This document shows, one piece after another, positions 1 through 13,503 of a stretch of DNA of 64,000 nt. The stretch lies in assembly GCA_951406725.2 (NCBI GenBank), contig OX597825.1, forward strand, positions 22,258,001-22,322,000, read 5' to 3'. Below the pieces are notes generated by a model. The model was not told the DNA's origin. It saw only the letters and a list, made by a program, of their open reading frames with translations, and searched no databases. The stretch's first letter is position 1. Every line of letters starts with the position of its first letter. Origin of the DNA: Octopus vulgaris (lineage: Eukaryota). Both the position numbers and the translations under genes were made by a program.

Positions 1-787
1 TATCTGAGATGGATACTTTCTCACAATACATTGAATATCTTAATGTTTCATTTGCTCTTCCGTGAACTAATTAAATTTGCCACTTGACATAAAAACAATG
101 AATTGTCTTTAGGCTTTTGCTTTTCTTAACGTAAATCAATTCTCTTTAGTTACAAACAATAGAGCAAATATGAAGGCAATATAAATAAATTCAAAATCAT
201 ATTATGGTAACTGAGCTGATGCCAATTCTTAAGAAAAATCGCAGACAGTTTAGAAATAAATTTCAGTATATATAATTATATCATTTATTAAGAATTCATT
301 GAAAAAATTATGTTTTAGCGCCAACAACTGACAGTTAAGCAGGAATTTTGCCATCATGTTACTGTTTCCCTTGTCCATATTGGTACATAAAAAACACTAA
401 GATTCAGATCCTAAATATGTACTCAAAATTAGGCAGAAAATCAAGAAACATACACAGAAATACGATATTTTAAGCGGGCAGATAGTTCAAACCTTTGATA
501 TATGGAGTGCATTTGAAAAAGCACTGCAAATACACACTCATACATAAGATTAGGTGAATTGATAGAAAAGTTGGTTGCACTTATTACGAGCATCACCTAA
601 GAAATCAAACACGTGTGTTTTTTTTTTTTTTGTTTTCAAACCAATAGCAGAAAACACAGAGATACCTCGGATTTATTCGATTGAATAAATTCATGCATTT
701 TCTCTTCTTGCATATCTCGAATTTTATCTAGCACAAATCTATACATTTACATGCATACGTACATAGATGTGTATCTATGTATACAAA

Positions 788-812
788 TCTATATAAGTGT
801 ATATACATATAC

Positions 813-877
<65 letters not shown>

Positions 878-890
878 AATACACACACAC

Positions 891-941
<51 letters not shown>

Positions 942-964
942 CACAAATACACACACACACACAT

Positions 965-1011
<47 letters not shown>

Positions 1012-1028
1012 CACAAATACACACACAC

Positions 1029-1104
<76 letters not shown>
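788..1104. repeat. Compound (TA)n/(CA)n microsatellite with a higher-order unit repeated three times
   Basis: The pattern (TA)n-CACAAATA-(CA)n-CATA-(CA)n recurs three times. Confidence 0.95.
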
Positions 1105-2477
1105 GAGTCGGCAAGTGAAAGAAAGTAACACTCAGTGCATTTTATAGATTTTACATATGCTATTTAATAAACGTTTGGCTCAGCTCCATGGAACATAATG
1201 TTTAGTAGATTCGCACAACGAAACTAATTTGTCAGGCATCTGGAAGTAGACTAAGAGAATATGAAACAAATTCAAGGTAATTTCTAGATGTTAGGTTTGT
1301 CCATGTTAGGTCAGACCGTAAACGGAAGAAAGTTAGATAGGGAAAGATAATCTGACGGAATTCTTCATTTAAGGAAAAAATTTCAACGAAAATAGCTAGG
1401 ATTTTCTTGACACTAATTAAAAAAATATTTACGACGAAAATATGAATGTTATAACATTTTCAACACTAACAACGTCAAGGTTAGTTACTCCTGAATACGC
1501 AGCTAATATCACGCGGTACAATAAATGCAAACACATACTTAAGCAGCAGTCGGCAATACATACCCCACTATGTAAAAGGCGACATTCTACTAAATGCCCA
1601 TTGAGACGTTGTTTCATCTCAGAGGCTGTGATCGACAGAGTCACCCTCATATCAGCAACTATCCGATGATACTACATGACAGCCAATGACTTTAATGGAA
1701 GTTATACACCGCATATGCGATCTTTCAGATGTGGGGATAGGTAAAAATCTGCCTCCTGGTTTTGCTTTGTCATTAGACTCCATGGACATCAACACAACTT
1801 CCCGAATTCGAATAGCGTATAAGTGATCGAGCCCATATGTACTTACAATTGCCAATTTTGCAATATCGATCAACTAGAAGAGTGAAATATATTTTTGTTG
1901 TCACCAAAAGTACTTGTTATCAACAAGGAAGTGGTAGACGACCGTACATGCTTACCGCCTTATCCTGGTTGCTCTATACTCAAATGCACACTACATGAGC
2001 TCTGCAACACGTATAGACAGCAACCCTGTTTATGATGACAATCTGGACTTGCTTTAACAAATCATTCAGCACTACTAAGTCATGGTACTCCCACGGAGTA
2101 CTCAGTTAGTGCTATAGACTTACTTCTCCACAAACTCACGTGAACGGGCGTAAGAAATCCACATGTAGCTTTGTTGGTGGAGAATATAAAAGTATTTGCT
2201 AAATATTAAATTTGTGACATTCTGAAATATTTGTCATCAGAAATGTTCCTATATAATTGTATAAAAAATACCACAAAGCATCTAATCACATTTTGCTGTT
2301 TTGTTGATTATTGCTCCGTGTCCGGCCAATAAAATATCCTAGTTTTAGATTTGTAACATTTATCTCAAATATATGGATAATAAATCCCCGAGAAGATGAG
2401 TTGACCCCCAAAACTCAGTTGCTGTAACTGTTGTTGATGTATCAGTTTTGATGACAATTTCTAGGCTACTGAAGACG

Positions 2478-2683
2478 ACGATCTGGCAGTATCGTCAACA
2501 TGCTAAGCAAAGTGCTTAGCGGCATTTTGTCTGTCTTCACGTTCTGAATTCAAACACCGCTATGGTTGCCTTCGCTTTTCATCCTATCGGGGTCGATAGA
2601 ATAAATACAAATTGACCAATAGAGTCTATGTAATCGACTTTTCACTTCCCCTAAAATTGGTAGCCTTGCGCCAAAATTTGAAA
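2478..2683 (+). mobile_element. SINE family A (tRNA head + Meta-like domain), diverged copy
   Basis: ctggcagtatcg...gttctgaattcaaa...ttttcatcctatcggggtcgat matches the younger copies at 48240 and 57229. Confidence 0.75.
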
Positions 2684-4124
2684 TCAACATTTGGGCCACT
2701 CGACTGAAGTCGACTAAATCCTTGCTATTGATTCCCAAAGCTGAAAACAATTAATGACCATTGATAGATATTTATGCAGGAAAATGTACTAGATACTTAA
2801 CAGAAATGAACATTTCTAATGACTGAACAGTTATAAGTCTTCATCGTACATATAAAATTCTTATTTCGAATCTAAACTTGAAACCAGTTAAAGTCATTAC
2901 ACAGGCAATAATGTTATTTTCTTCAAATGCTCTTTTTAGAACAGTTTCATTATTGACACTTTTGTTGAATGTCTGTCTAGAAATATTTGCTTCAACCTGC
3001 ATTTGAGTTTCCTTCAGTTGTTTCTATATTTTGCTTAAACATTGGGACAGAGGTTGGGCAATAATTTCCTCTTTGTGACCATCACTCATGTGGGAAATAT
3101 TGATTAAAATTTTCTTTGACATTATATATCATAAAAGTAACATTTTCTTGGAGTTATCATTTAGGTGATATAGAAGGTGAAATTAGGATGTGAGATGTAA
3201 AACTGGGATTTGTAATTGTCAATCATACCAGATTCCTATGAAATCAGTGACGAATATTAAACATATAAAGGGGAAATGGAAATGTTGCATGAAATTTCAT
3301 CTTGTATTTGACATATGACTGTTATATGAGAAGCGACTTAAGTTATATCATGTACTTGTCACTTTCTTTTAACTCTCAGTAATTATATCAACAAAATATT
3401 TCTCAACCAAGGAAATCAAATTATTTATCTCAACTGATTTATATTCCATAAAATCGTTCTTATATTTTGATAAAGACACTTGAAATATTTCATTCATAGT
3501 GAATTCTATATTGTGTCATAGAGAAAGAAAATTACCTGCTTGCTTTCCAGCTATGGAATTTGACTTCTGTTAAATGCAGGCCTTAATTTAATAAATAAAT
3601 TCGAAATTTGGATAATTGTCTGAACTAGCACACTATTTCATTGTGTAACATTGTTAATAACGAAATCAGACAACAACGATTTGAAATATCTCGTCTTTCT
3701 ACGTTTCTGTCTGCAATTTTTTTTTTTTTTTTTTTTGTTACATCTAATTCAATCACCAATGCTTACCAGAATACAGACCTCTGGAATAATATGGTCGCGG
3801 TTATTCCAGACTTGAAATAAGCGAGGTCTGTGTTCAGAACACTTACTCGCACGAGATATATATTTCACGTATTCACACTTGTGAAACTATTCCTCATATC
3901 TATAACCTTGAACAAGAATCTGTAAACGCATAAGGTTGTGTCTTGTAATTATCATATCACAAAAAAAAAAATGGAATTCATATCCGTCTGATTGGTCAAT
4001 GTTTCTTTAAATGTTGGAACAACTAAATCTATTTTTGTTCATGAATTTGGAAATTATTTGTTACCATTTATAGAATTGTTATTAATCATTTTATCTTCTA
4101 TCTTTTACTGTATACTTGTTTCTG

Positions 4125-5038
4125 TCATCAGAATATGGTCATGCTGGAGCACTATTTTCAAGGGTCTAGTCGAACAAATCGACTCCAAACTTATTCTTTA
4201 AAGCTTGGTATTTATTCTATTGGCCATTTTTGTCGAATAGCTAAATTATGGGGGGGGGACTAAACTAAAACCAAATGTGAGACACAAATGTACATTGCAT
4301 AGATATGTACGCAGACGCACACATGCAAACACATCCACATACATATATATAGTACAAACACATATATATATATTACAAAAATAAAACAAAAAAACGGTGA
4401 TGAGATAAAAGAAAAACCCAAACGAACGAGATGCATTATACTGTCGCAAAAGAAAATTAGAACTATTTAATATTTGGAGCCTACGCTCTTATACGGAAAG
4501 GAGATATACGACAGCCTTTTTTTCATTTTCCGTCGACCAGAATCTACTCACGTGGCTTTGGTGTACGCTAGACTGCCTACATAGTCATTGATAGCATTGT
4601 AGCAGCATTTCTGTCCGCGAGAGGAACTAACACATACATTAACATACCACGCACTACCATTCCAAGTACCCACTGGACCGGCCGATAACAACCTCTGTGA
4701 TATTTGTGATGCATACACTTTGATTCATATATCTCGACGACGACATCCTGTCCCCCAAGTTGGATAGGATCGTCTATGCACCACATGGCACAATTGTTCC
4801 CTAAAAAATTTTACCCATTGACAATTGCTTCCGATGCGACCCCAAATTCTTTCATAACCACCGACTGTTTACAATCCATTTCAGTTCAGTAATATATTAA
4901 AATGAGAAGCTGTGCCATCGATAGACGGGCACCCGACAAAAAAAAAAAAAAAGAATTTTCTCTTCAATTCAGTGGGATTGAACCCTGTCCCATTTAATTC
5001 GGAAACAAATTTCTTACGTCACAACCAGCTCTGCATCT
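4125..5038 (-). mobile_element. SINE family B (CORE-like), old copy split by nested inserts
   Basis: Tail at 4125-4290 (catgctggagcac), body at 4505-4575, head at 4970-5038 (cagtgggattgaacc), collinear with the intact copy at 42302-42709. Confidence 0.6.
4577..4965 (-). mobile_element. Merlin (IS1595/ISXO2-like) transposase fragment
   Basis: Translation LGGQDVVVEIYESKCMHHKYHRG...WVLGMV...LVPLADRNAATM matches the GG..VEIDESK..KY.RG..WV.G motif of ISXO2-type DDE transposases. Paralogous to 10185-10860. Confidence 0.85.
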
Positions 5039-5615
5039 ATCTTGATACGCTAGCCAAGAAGCTGGAAATGTTCGTTCACCGGTTTTATGATTTGTTTCTC
5101 AATATGTCTTCTATCACAGATAAATATTTCAAGTAAAGAATTTATATTCATTGAATTATGGTCCCGAAAACAATAAAGTAATTGTCCAGCTACATTGCGG
5201 CTATATCATATCTATAGGAAAGCAAAACAATCGAATCATTGTTCTTGTCTCAGTGACAAAACCTTGCCATTTTAACGGAAAGATAGTTTAAGAAATGCTT
5301 TATAACAGTAATTAATAATGTAAGTAAAGCGATTCGACTTCCGCTTGGAATCGTATAAATGTGAAGTCATCTTTCTTTGCTGTGCTGTACACCACTAACT
5401 TATATATGAATTTGTGTGTGTATGTATGTATGTCATAGTTCAGTTTTATTTCAAGATTTCTTGCCAATAAAATGTCGGTTGGTAAACTAGGTCCAAGGTT
5501 CCTTTCATTGGAATTTCAGCATCAACGACAGGGTGTTTATTGTATGTATATGTGCAGATTTGTATGTTTTGTTTTATGTATGTATTCTCATGCATATAGT
5601 TGCATATCTAGACAT

Positions 5616-5664
<49 letters not shown>

Positions 5665-5668
<4 letters not shown>

Positions 5669-5982
5669 AATGATAAACTTTTGGCAAGTTGTACAGATTT
5701 TTACAATTACAATAATGAACTGGGGCTGTAGTCTTCGAAGTGGCTTTCTCCTTTCTGGTTTTTAGAAGTTTAATTTCTCAAGACTGGTATTTAGGCAGGG
5801 TGTTACATATCGCAGAGCCCCAATAGTTACATGTATAAATCTGAACTTGTAATCTAGATAGAGTAACTGCGGATTCCTAAATAGTTCAGCGTAGGTATTC
5901 TGTTTTTCACTGATCTTCAGCTTTATGTTAACATCTGCTGGGCAGCTAATTTCCACAACTGTGCACAGTTTATCTTCTCTAC
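5665..5982 (-). mobile_element. R4/Dong-like non-LTR retrotransposon 3' end (restriction-like endonuclease domain)
   Basis: VVEISCPADVNIKLKISEKQNTYAEL...VTIGAL resembles the RLE C-terminus. The stop codon abuts the (TA)n tract at 5618-5665. Confidence 0.8.
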
Positions 5983-6024
5983 ATGTATCTTTGTATGTCT
6001 TTATGTATGTTTGTATGTATATAA

Positions 6025-6348
6025 AGGTGCATGGCTTAGTGCTTAGAATAGTCGGGTCACGATCGTAACGTTGTTAGTTCGATTACCGCCTGCGCGCAGT
6101 GTCCTTGACTAAGACGTTTTATTTCACGATGATACAGTTCACTCAGCTGTTAAAAATGCGTTGTACCTGTAATACTAAAGGGGACAGCCTTGTCACATTC
6201 TCTGTAACATCGAATCTCCCTAAGAGTTACGTTATGGATAGGTATGGCGTTGGAGTATTCAGTGAGTTTCACGTTGGTTCCACGATGACGCTGTTGCGTT
6301 GATGGGATCAGCTGAAATCTCCGTCATCGTAACCGACGTAGTGTCAGT
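6025..6348 (+). mobile_element. SINE family D (tRNA-derived)
   Basis: A-box tggcttagtg, B-box agttcgatta, then gtccttgactaagac. Homologous to 6706-7000. Confidence 0.75.
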
Positions 6349-6429
6349 TATGCATGCATATATGCATGTGTCACTATGTAATTATGTTTGTACGTATGCA
6401 TGTATGTTTGTGTGTGTGTCTGCGTGTGT

Positions 6430-6483
<54 letters not shown>

Positions 6484-6703
6484 CGGGGAAGAGTTTCTCT
6501 CTCACTACGTTAAAAATTACAAACATTTCTAGCTTAACATCATTACTATAGCAACAGTCTGGTAACTTATTGATCAGACCGCGTAGTCGTGCATTTTAAG
6601 AAGATGGCTTCACACCCTCTTGGCTCACGATTAAATCTAACTACCTTATGTATTTTTGCCACTTTATAGGCCAGCGCATGCGATTGTAAATGTTACTGAT
6701 GTG

Positions 6704-7000
6704 AAGGCGAGTGGCTTAGTGCTTAGGGTATTCAGCACACAGTCTTAAGTCCGTGAGTTTGATAGCTGGCTGCGAATTATATTTTTGACCAAGACACTTA
6801 TTTCATGTTGTTCCAGTTCACTCAACATGCATCAGTCAGCCTTGTACATTCTATTGTCACGGTGAATCTTCCTGAGAACTACGTTAACGACACTCGTGTC
6901 TGTAGAGTGCTCAGCCATTTTAACATTAATTTCACGTGCAAGATGTACCATTAATCAGGTCAACTGGAACTTTCGTCGTTGTAACCGAGGGAATGCCAGG
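6704..7000 (+). mobile_element. SINE family D, second copy
   Basis: ggcgagtggcttagtgcttaggg...ttgaccaagacacttatttc...gtaaccgagggaatgcc aligns with 6025-6348. Confidence 0.75.
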
Positions 7001-7319
7001 TTTAACTGATAGAATTTAAAGCTCTGACCGTTTCATATTATCAAAAGAGAATTGTTATCGGTGGCTGTTGTAGAAACAGTGCAGAGCCCTGTTGATATGT
7101 ACCTTATAATGGGGCGTAGATTTATTTCGATACTTTATTGAATAACCAACCACCCAGCGCTGGTGTATTTCTAGGAGAAACCGATTTGATGCTATTATAT
7201 GGGCTAAGCTCATGTGTTCATAATCCATCTATCTTTTCCTAAAAAAAAATCCTCCACTAATAAACAGCAATACTGATATTATTAGTCAGTCCTCATATTA
7301 CAATACTATGAACTATTTA

Positions 7320-7545
7320 AGGTGCAGAGCTGGGCGAACCGTTACCGCATCAACAAAAATTCATCAGGAAAATGAATAGTGATTTTTCTTCCGAAAGATT
7401 ACCCTCTGAGTTCAAATTCCCCAGATGCCGATTTCGACTTGCATCTTTTCCGATCATTAAGACAAGTAACTGTGAGCATTGGTGTTGATGTAAGCTGCTT
7501 CCCCTTCCCTTCAGCAAAATTATTAGCTTTGTACCAAATTACTAA
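7320..7545 (+). mobile_element. SINE family A, diverged copy
   Basis: gagctgggcgaaccgtta...ctctgagttcaaattc. Confidence 0.6.
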
Positions 7546-9106
7546 TAAATTAGTAATAAAATAAACTTTACATATCTCTATTTGCATCTAGGCTATATCA
7601 TAGTTGTGCTTTTGAAAATGATCGGTAATCAGTGCAGATTTTTGAAATCAAATTGGAAATTTCACCTCCTACGTTGCAGAGTATTTTCCCCTTTGGGAAC
7701 GTACGATTCGCTACTCTAGACTGGTTTGAAGGAATTTTGTAACTAATTTTTGTGTCATTGCTTGCTCTATTTTGGGTCTTTTATTCCTATGGATTTATAA
7801 TGAGCATTTTTTGGTAGTTCCTTTACCAGATAGTTCTGGAATATTTGTTATTATATTTCCCTTCAGCACAATCACTAGATTTTTCAGTTTCGATTTATCA
7901 TTTATCCTTTCTGATACACAGCGTTTACGACCCCAGTAACATTGAACTTATTAATAGTAGTATCATGAATTTATATTATGTTGGTTTTAATGGTGGGGCA
8001 GAACTTGCAGGGATATTGAAGCGATAATTTAAGCATTCGTTGTGTGTGTGTGTTTGTGTGCGCGCGCCTCATGCCCATTGCTATTTTTCACAATTTATTT
8101 TCTGTGGTTTTTTCGGTTCGCACTTGTGAGAGTAGCAGTGGTAGTGTTTCATTAAAACCTGTTCATTTGTGGTGGTTTTGTTCTTTTTGTTATTGTTGTC
8201 GTCGATGTTGCTCTTGTTGTTCATACATTCAATGTTAACTGCTAGTAGTGGGAAAATAAATATTAAATTGGCTGTTGGAAGAGTTAATAACCCACCACGC
8301 AATTTGCGAAGCCCTATTTATTTTTCGTTTTAAAGATATAAAATTCCAATTCAAAAACATTCAAAATTCGCCTCGAAGGGACACTTATTTCACAAAGCCG
8401 GCTAGCCTCAAGGAATACTGGTTAGCTTTTTCTCAAAAAGGTACAACAAAAGCCGAAATTACTTTGTTTAAAGACAACAATTACGACGAAAATAATATTT
8501 CCAGCCTTAGCAGTGGCCGAAGACACAGACACACTAATATAACCCAGCAGGACAACTCAAAAATAACTCTCAAAGACTGCCATATCTATAATTTCCTGTG
8601 AGCATTTTAAATCTATCTCAAAATACGTTAAGAAACAAACATATCTACAGTTTTCGAATACACAAACGATCAGCTTTAAAAACTTGGATATCTACAAATT
8701 CTATGAATACATATCCATTATTTTCTCCCTGAGTATTCGAAAATGCAAACAACCTTTCTATTCTAAGAACACTACAGTTTTCTCTGTGCGGTCATACAAA
8801 AGACCTTCTTTAGTAAATCTTAAAACTTTAATATCTACAACTTTTCGTGAAAAGTTCTCTCTCCTTTTCTTTACTTTCCTTTCTCCATGAGTATTTGAAA
8901 ACGTAAACATCGTTTTTATTGCAGAAACACTACTGTTTTCTCTAATTTGGACATACAAACGAACATCTCTAGAAAACTTAATAACTTTAATATCTACAAT
9001 TTTGGGCGATCTTTCGTTTTGAGTCGAAAAATGTAGTTTCTATGAGCACGTGTTGTCTTGCCAACTGTCACTTGAGGTATTGGAATGGGAAGATTAAGTT
9101 AATGGG

Positions 9107-9472
9107 TTGTGTGTGCGGGCTTGTTTCTCTGTGTGTGTAGTGCGTGTTATTGTTTGTGTGTGTGTGCGTGTGCGTGTGCTTGTTCGTGTGTGTTTGTGTG
9201 TGTGCGCGCGTGCGAGCTTGTGCCTCTGTATGTACGTGCTTTGTTTGTATGTGTGTGTGTTTCATGCTTGTTCCTCTGTGTGTGTGAGTGCGTGCTTGTT
9301 CCACAGTCTGTATGCACGTGCTTGGTTTGTGTGTGTGTGTGTGTTTCGTGCTTGTCCCTCTGTTTGTGTACGTACGTGTTCTTGCGTGTGCGTGTGTGTG
9401 TGTGTGAACGTGCTTCTTCCTTTGTGTGTGTGCGCGTGCGTGCTTGTTCCGTCTGTGTGTACGTGCTTGTTC

Positions 9473-9563
<91 letters not shown>

Positions 9564-9570
9564 CCTGTTC
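9107..9570. repeat. GT-derived minisatellite ending in pure (GT)n
   Basis: More than 10 variable units of (gt)n-cgtgcttgttc(ctc), followed by about 85 bp of (GT)n. Confidence 0.9.
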
Positions 9571-10003
9571 TGTTTTTTATGTACTTATATGTTGCAGAAT
9601 GTAGATATAACGAAATTACGCCAACAATGTCTCATTTTAAGCTTCAAGGAAAAAATTCTTGCATATTTTTTCTTGCCTGCTTCATGTGTATATGTGTTTT
9701 CCAAGAAGAAAACAGAAAACATGAACAGTTATAGCAGTATTTTTTTAACCACTAAAGAGCAGAACTATTACAACATGCATGGAGAAAAGGAGGGACTAAA
9801 CAACATATTTTATGAAATTCATAGAAAACATTTTAGAAGTTTAAATTAGACAGTATAATACTGTCTAATGCATTTTATGAAATTCATAAAAGCATTTATA
9901 GTTGTATTTGTCAGTTTGGTCATTTTGTCAGTTTAGCCAATAAAAACACACACACTATATTTTTGGTGTCACTTTGCTTCAGCGTTATTTATTTTTTTTA
10001 CAT

Positions 10004-10066
10004 TAATCATAATCTTATTTCGGTCAGAGTTCTTTCGTCACACTCCTGTGACCGCATCAGTGGTCC
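10004..10066 (-). ncRNA. Degenerate hammerhead-ribozyme-like core
   Basis: Minus strand reads CTGATGC-GGTCA..GAGT..ACTC-TGACC-GAAA. Stem II pairs, but A9 is replaced by C. Confidence 0.4.
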
Positions 10067-10184
10067 TTTGCTTTCTTCTTTCTTATTTGTGTGTCTCTCC
10101 TTACTAACCGTCAGCCATTTTGTATTTCTATTGCATGTGTCTTCATCTGTGCATGCGTATATATAAACGTAACATAAAAGCATT

Positions 10185-10860
10185 ATTTCTGTTATATCGT
10201 CAACTAAATTCCAACACATACGTAGAAAATAACGCATCTGATGTTCCATACATGTTGCGACATTTCGTCTTTACGTAGCTCCATAACCCCTCCACCGTGT
10301 TTGTGTGGAGCGTAGGGTCCTTGGAGTCGACAAAATGGGCAATGTGTTTCACTGTTGAATGACATGGCAAAGCATTATATATCTGCCAGTAGTCAGTAAC
10401 AATCATAGTCCCTGACAGCACATGATCATTGATAGTAATGTAGCAGCACTTCTGTCCGATACAGGAACTAACACACATATTAACGTCCCACGCGCTACCA
10501 TTCCAATTATCCACCGGACGATAACGACCTCTGGGCTATTTTTGATGCATAAACTTTGATTCAGGTATGTCTATGCACCACATGGCAGAAATGTCTCGAA
10601 AGTAATTATACCAACTGAAAATTGCTTCCGATGCGACCCCAACTTCTATCATAACCACCGACTGTTTACAATCCATTTCAGTCCAGTAATATATATTAAA
10701 ATGAGAAGCCGGGCCATCGATAGATGGGCACCCGAAAAAGAAAAAGAATTTACTCTTAAACTCCGGATATCTCCACATTACGCATTGGGACACATTTTTC
10801 TTCGGCGTCAGGATCATCGAGTCATTGCAGCACTAAGACGAATTTTTCATTAGCCCTACA
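10185..10860 (-). mobile_element. Merlin (ISXO2-like) transposase pseudogene
   Basis: GTMIVTDYWQIYNAL..HSTVKH..HFVD...HTNTVEGLWSYVK is the second-D/E region of ISXO2 transposases. The copy is frameshifted and lacks the GG..VEID segment seen at 4577. Confidence 0.9.
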
Positions 10861-11974
10861 CAGGGTTAATAAATAGGGACTATAGTCGAATTTATACTAT
10901 TTGGTATGCCTTGAATCTCGATAAGAATACTTCTCTTTTGTGTTAAGTCATCAATAGAAATGACTGAATTAACTAGCTGACATCGACCTTCCATTCTGAA
11001 ATCCAGTGCAGACGTGTAGGGGCTCTTCCTAGAATTTAAAAAGAAAGAACTGGGGAAAACTGGGGAAAACTGAAAAATGCTGAAAACTGGTAAAAACGCA
11101 GAGGGTGGCTCACACAGCATATGCTTTTTCTCTCGTTAGGAAGTTGAAACTGACCAATAAGAACTTGGTCACCAGAATTGACCACGACACTAGTTATTGC
11201 CTGGTGACGAAGTTCTTTTCTTTAGCATCAAATCGCATGACTTAGTAGTTTGTCAAGTTACTTCTAGTTATACTATTGTTCCCATGCTGGGAATTTGAAA
11301 CTGACCAATAACCTATTGGGTGTGGGAGTGTGAGGTCTCTTCTGTCTCCTTATCGCACATGAATATATAGGCAGATGGCGAGGAGGTCAGGCATAAGGCC
11401 TGGAATATTAGAATAAGTTACGAGTCTATTACATCGACCTCAGTGATAAAACAAAGCACGTGCCCACGATATTGTCCATCCTCTTAATGTATATGTGTAA
11501 CTTTGGATTAAAGCATTTGAAGCCCTTATACAGAAACTAGGAAGTCGTGTCTTGTTTTCAGAAAAAAAAATTACATTTGTTATATTAAGCGTATTCATTC
11601 TTTAATTTTCGGATCAGATGATTCATCTCAGGTGTTATCATATGTGTATAGAAATCGTAACAATCGCACCTAATCGAAAAATTTACCCGGTAAAACATCC
11701 GTACAACCTAATGAAAATCAGCTTTATTATTCTGTCAAATGCATCGAAATGAATTCTATGTAACACGCAATAGAAACAAAAACCAAAGAAAAACAAAACA
11801 AAAACAAAACAAAAGCGGATAGAATATCAATAGTAATATCACAGCCATCGTTGCCACCATCAATGATAAAATTTCCTAATGCTCTTCCTGCTATAATCAG
11901 CGATAAAGTTTAGTACTCCTCACTGAAATGACGCTTTGCCGTCTATAGAAAATGAAACGGCCAGTACTTTCAAT

Positions 11975-12529
11975 TCAGTAATCTGGATACATTGTCAAAA
12001 TGCATGATCGCATACTTAGGACTAGAATAGCAATGATCATAAAACTGTTTGATAAAGGCAAACCTATATTACTATTTCCAACAATGGCAATACCACCGCT
12101 AACATCACCGATATTTTTGATTTCGCATTTTGCTACAATCAGTTTTGTAATATACACATCCTCCCAGGATCGATGCAAAAATGCCATAATGGTACATGCC
12201 GGATGATTCTATCGTCTTGGACACTTTTTTTCACAATCTATATATACCTGTGCCAAATTATAAATCAAAAGTTATTGTAGTTTTCTTTAAAGAGGTATTA
12301 CTTCATTCTTGTATGCCACAGAAAATAAGATAGTTACCGTTTCTTAAATATAAGTTTCCGTATCATATACAACGCTAGGATGGAAAAGAAGAAAATTAGA
12401 GTTGTAATAAAAAATATTTCAATACGTTTATTTAGGTGGCAAGGAAAATTCTTACCTTACACTGTACATCGATTGAAATTTGCGTTTATTTTTACTTTCC
12501 TTAACGTCTGGTAGAACTCAATCTGATCC
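11975..12529 (-). pseudogene. Possible two-exon remnant ending in a hydrophobic C-terminus
   Basis: Acceptor tttctgcttttacag at about 12530, donor AAG|gtaag at about 12456, acceptor cacag at about 12248. The ORF ends SNSFMIIAILVLSMRSCILTMYPDY*. Frames do not join cleanly. Confidence 0.2.
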
Positions 12530-12689
12530 TGTAAAAGCAGAAATACTCCACAATGATAATACATCATGCCATAAGCAAGATAAAAAAAAGCCCACAATCT
12601 ATAGGTTAAGGAGAACAATAATAAGGGTGAATACGAAAATACAGATATAGATATTACATTTGCAGTCACCTATAATTCTAGGAACCACA

Positions 12690-13125
12690 ATATCCTGCAT
12701 TCAGCCAATTCTACGCCAGGCAACAAATCTCCGAGAAATAATTATAAAAAAATCACAAAGGAAAAGTCAAATCAACTACTAAATCTCAAGAGATTTCTAA
12801 CAAATGCGTGTCTCACATCGGAGAAAGAGACAATACAAGAAAGAAACTGTGGAAACACTCGCTGTGGGGCATGTGGAATGACTGAGCAGCGAACAACCAA
12901 ATGATTCAAGAAGGGGAATTTAAACTGAAAGCAAATATGACTTGTGAAACAAAAACTCTAATCGCCTAGAAATATTCCATTTAGTAAAAGTCTAAACATT
13001 TGTGCAAATAGAAAATTTGAAGTTTTTTTTTTTTTTTTTGACAAAATAAAAGATGGAAATTATAAACTATGAAAGGCAAAAGCATACTTTCTAAGAATTC
13101 TAAATCTGGAGCTAAACTGCAAACA
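12690..13125 (+). mobile_element. Penelope-like element relic (linker and GIY-YIG endonuclease region)
   Basis: Broken frames give LNLKRFLTNA, CGNTRCGAC, FKLKANMTCETK and a terminal YFLRILNLELN, typical of PLE C-termini. Confidence 0.65.
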
Positions 13126-13503
13126 GTCAACATTTAGAAGTGTCAACATTTAATTTAAAAGATTCAACGATTTAAAGTATTCCTGTGTTACAAAATGTAA
13201 GATCAATGGAGATCAACTAAGAGAAAAATAATCAATTACGAAATAGAAAATAATACTTTTAACCCAATAATAAACAGGAAATAATTAACACCATTACAAG
13301 CAATAGCTTCCTCTTTATGGATTACCCTGGACGACGTGTGTCTGAAAAGATGAAAAATAAAAGCACTTGCGCACAAAATATACACTAGACATAAATTTCA
13401 CAGTGTATACACACTTTTCCACAATGGTTAGTAACATTCTAAAAAACTATATATATATATATATATATATATGTTGGCGTGTGTGTGTGTTTATGTGAGT
13501 ATG

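Noticed and set aside
728-1147. Long ORFs rich in YI/HT/CV (also at 9107, 30577, 37406, 53846, 62541)
   Set aside because: They are translations of dinucleotide microsatellites.
1429-1873. Short ORFs in moderately GC-rich DNA
   Set aside because: No recognisable family or consistent frame.
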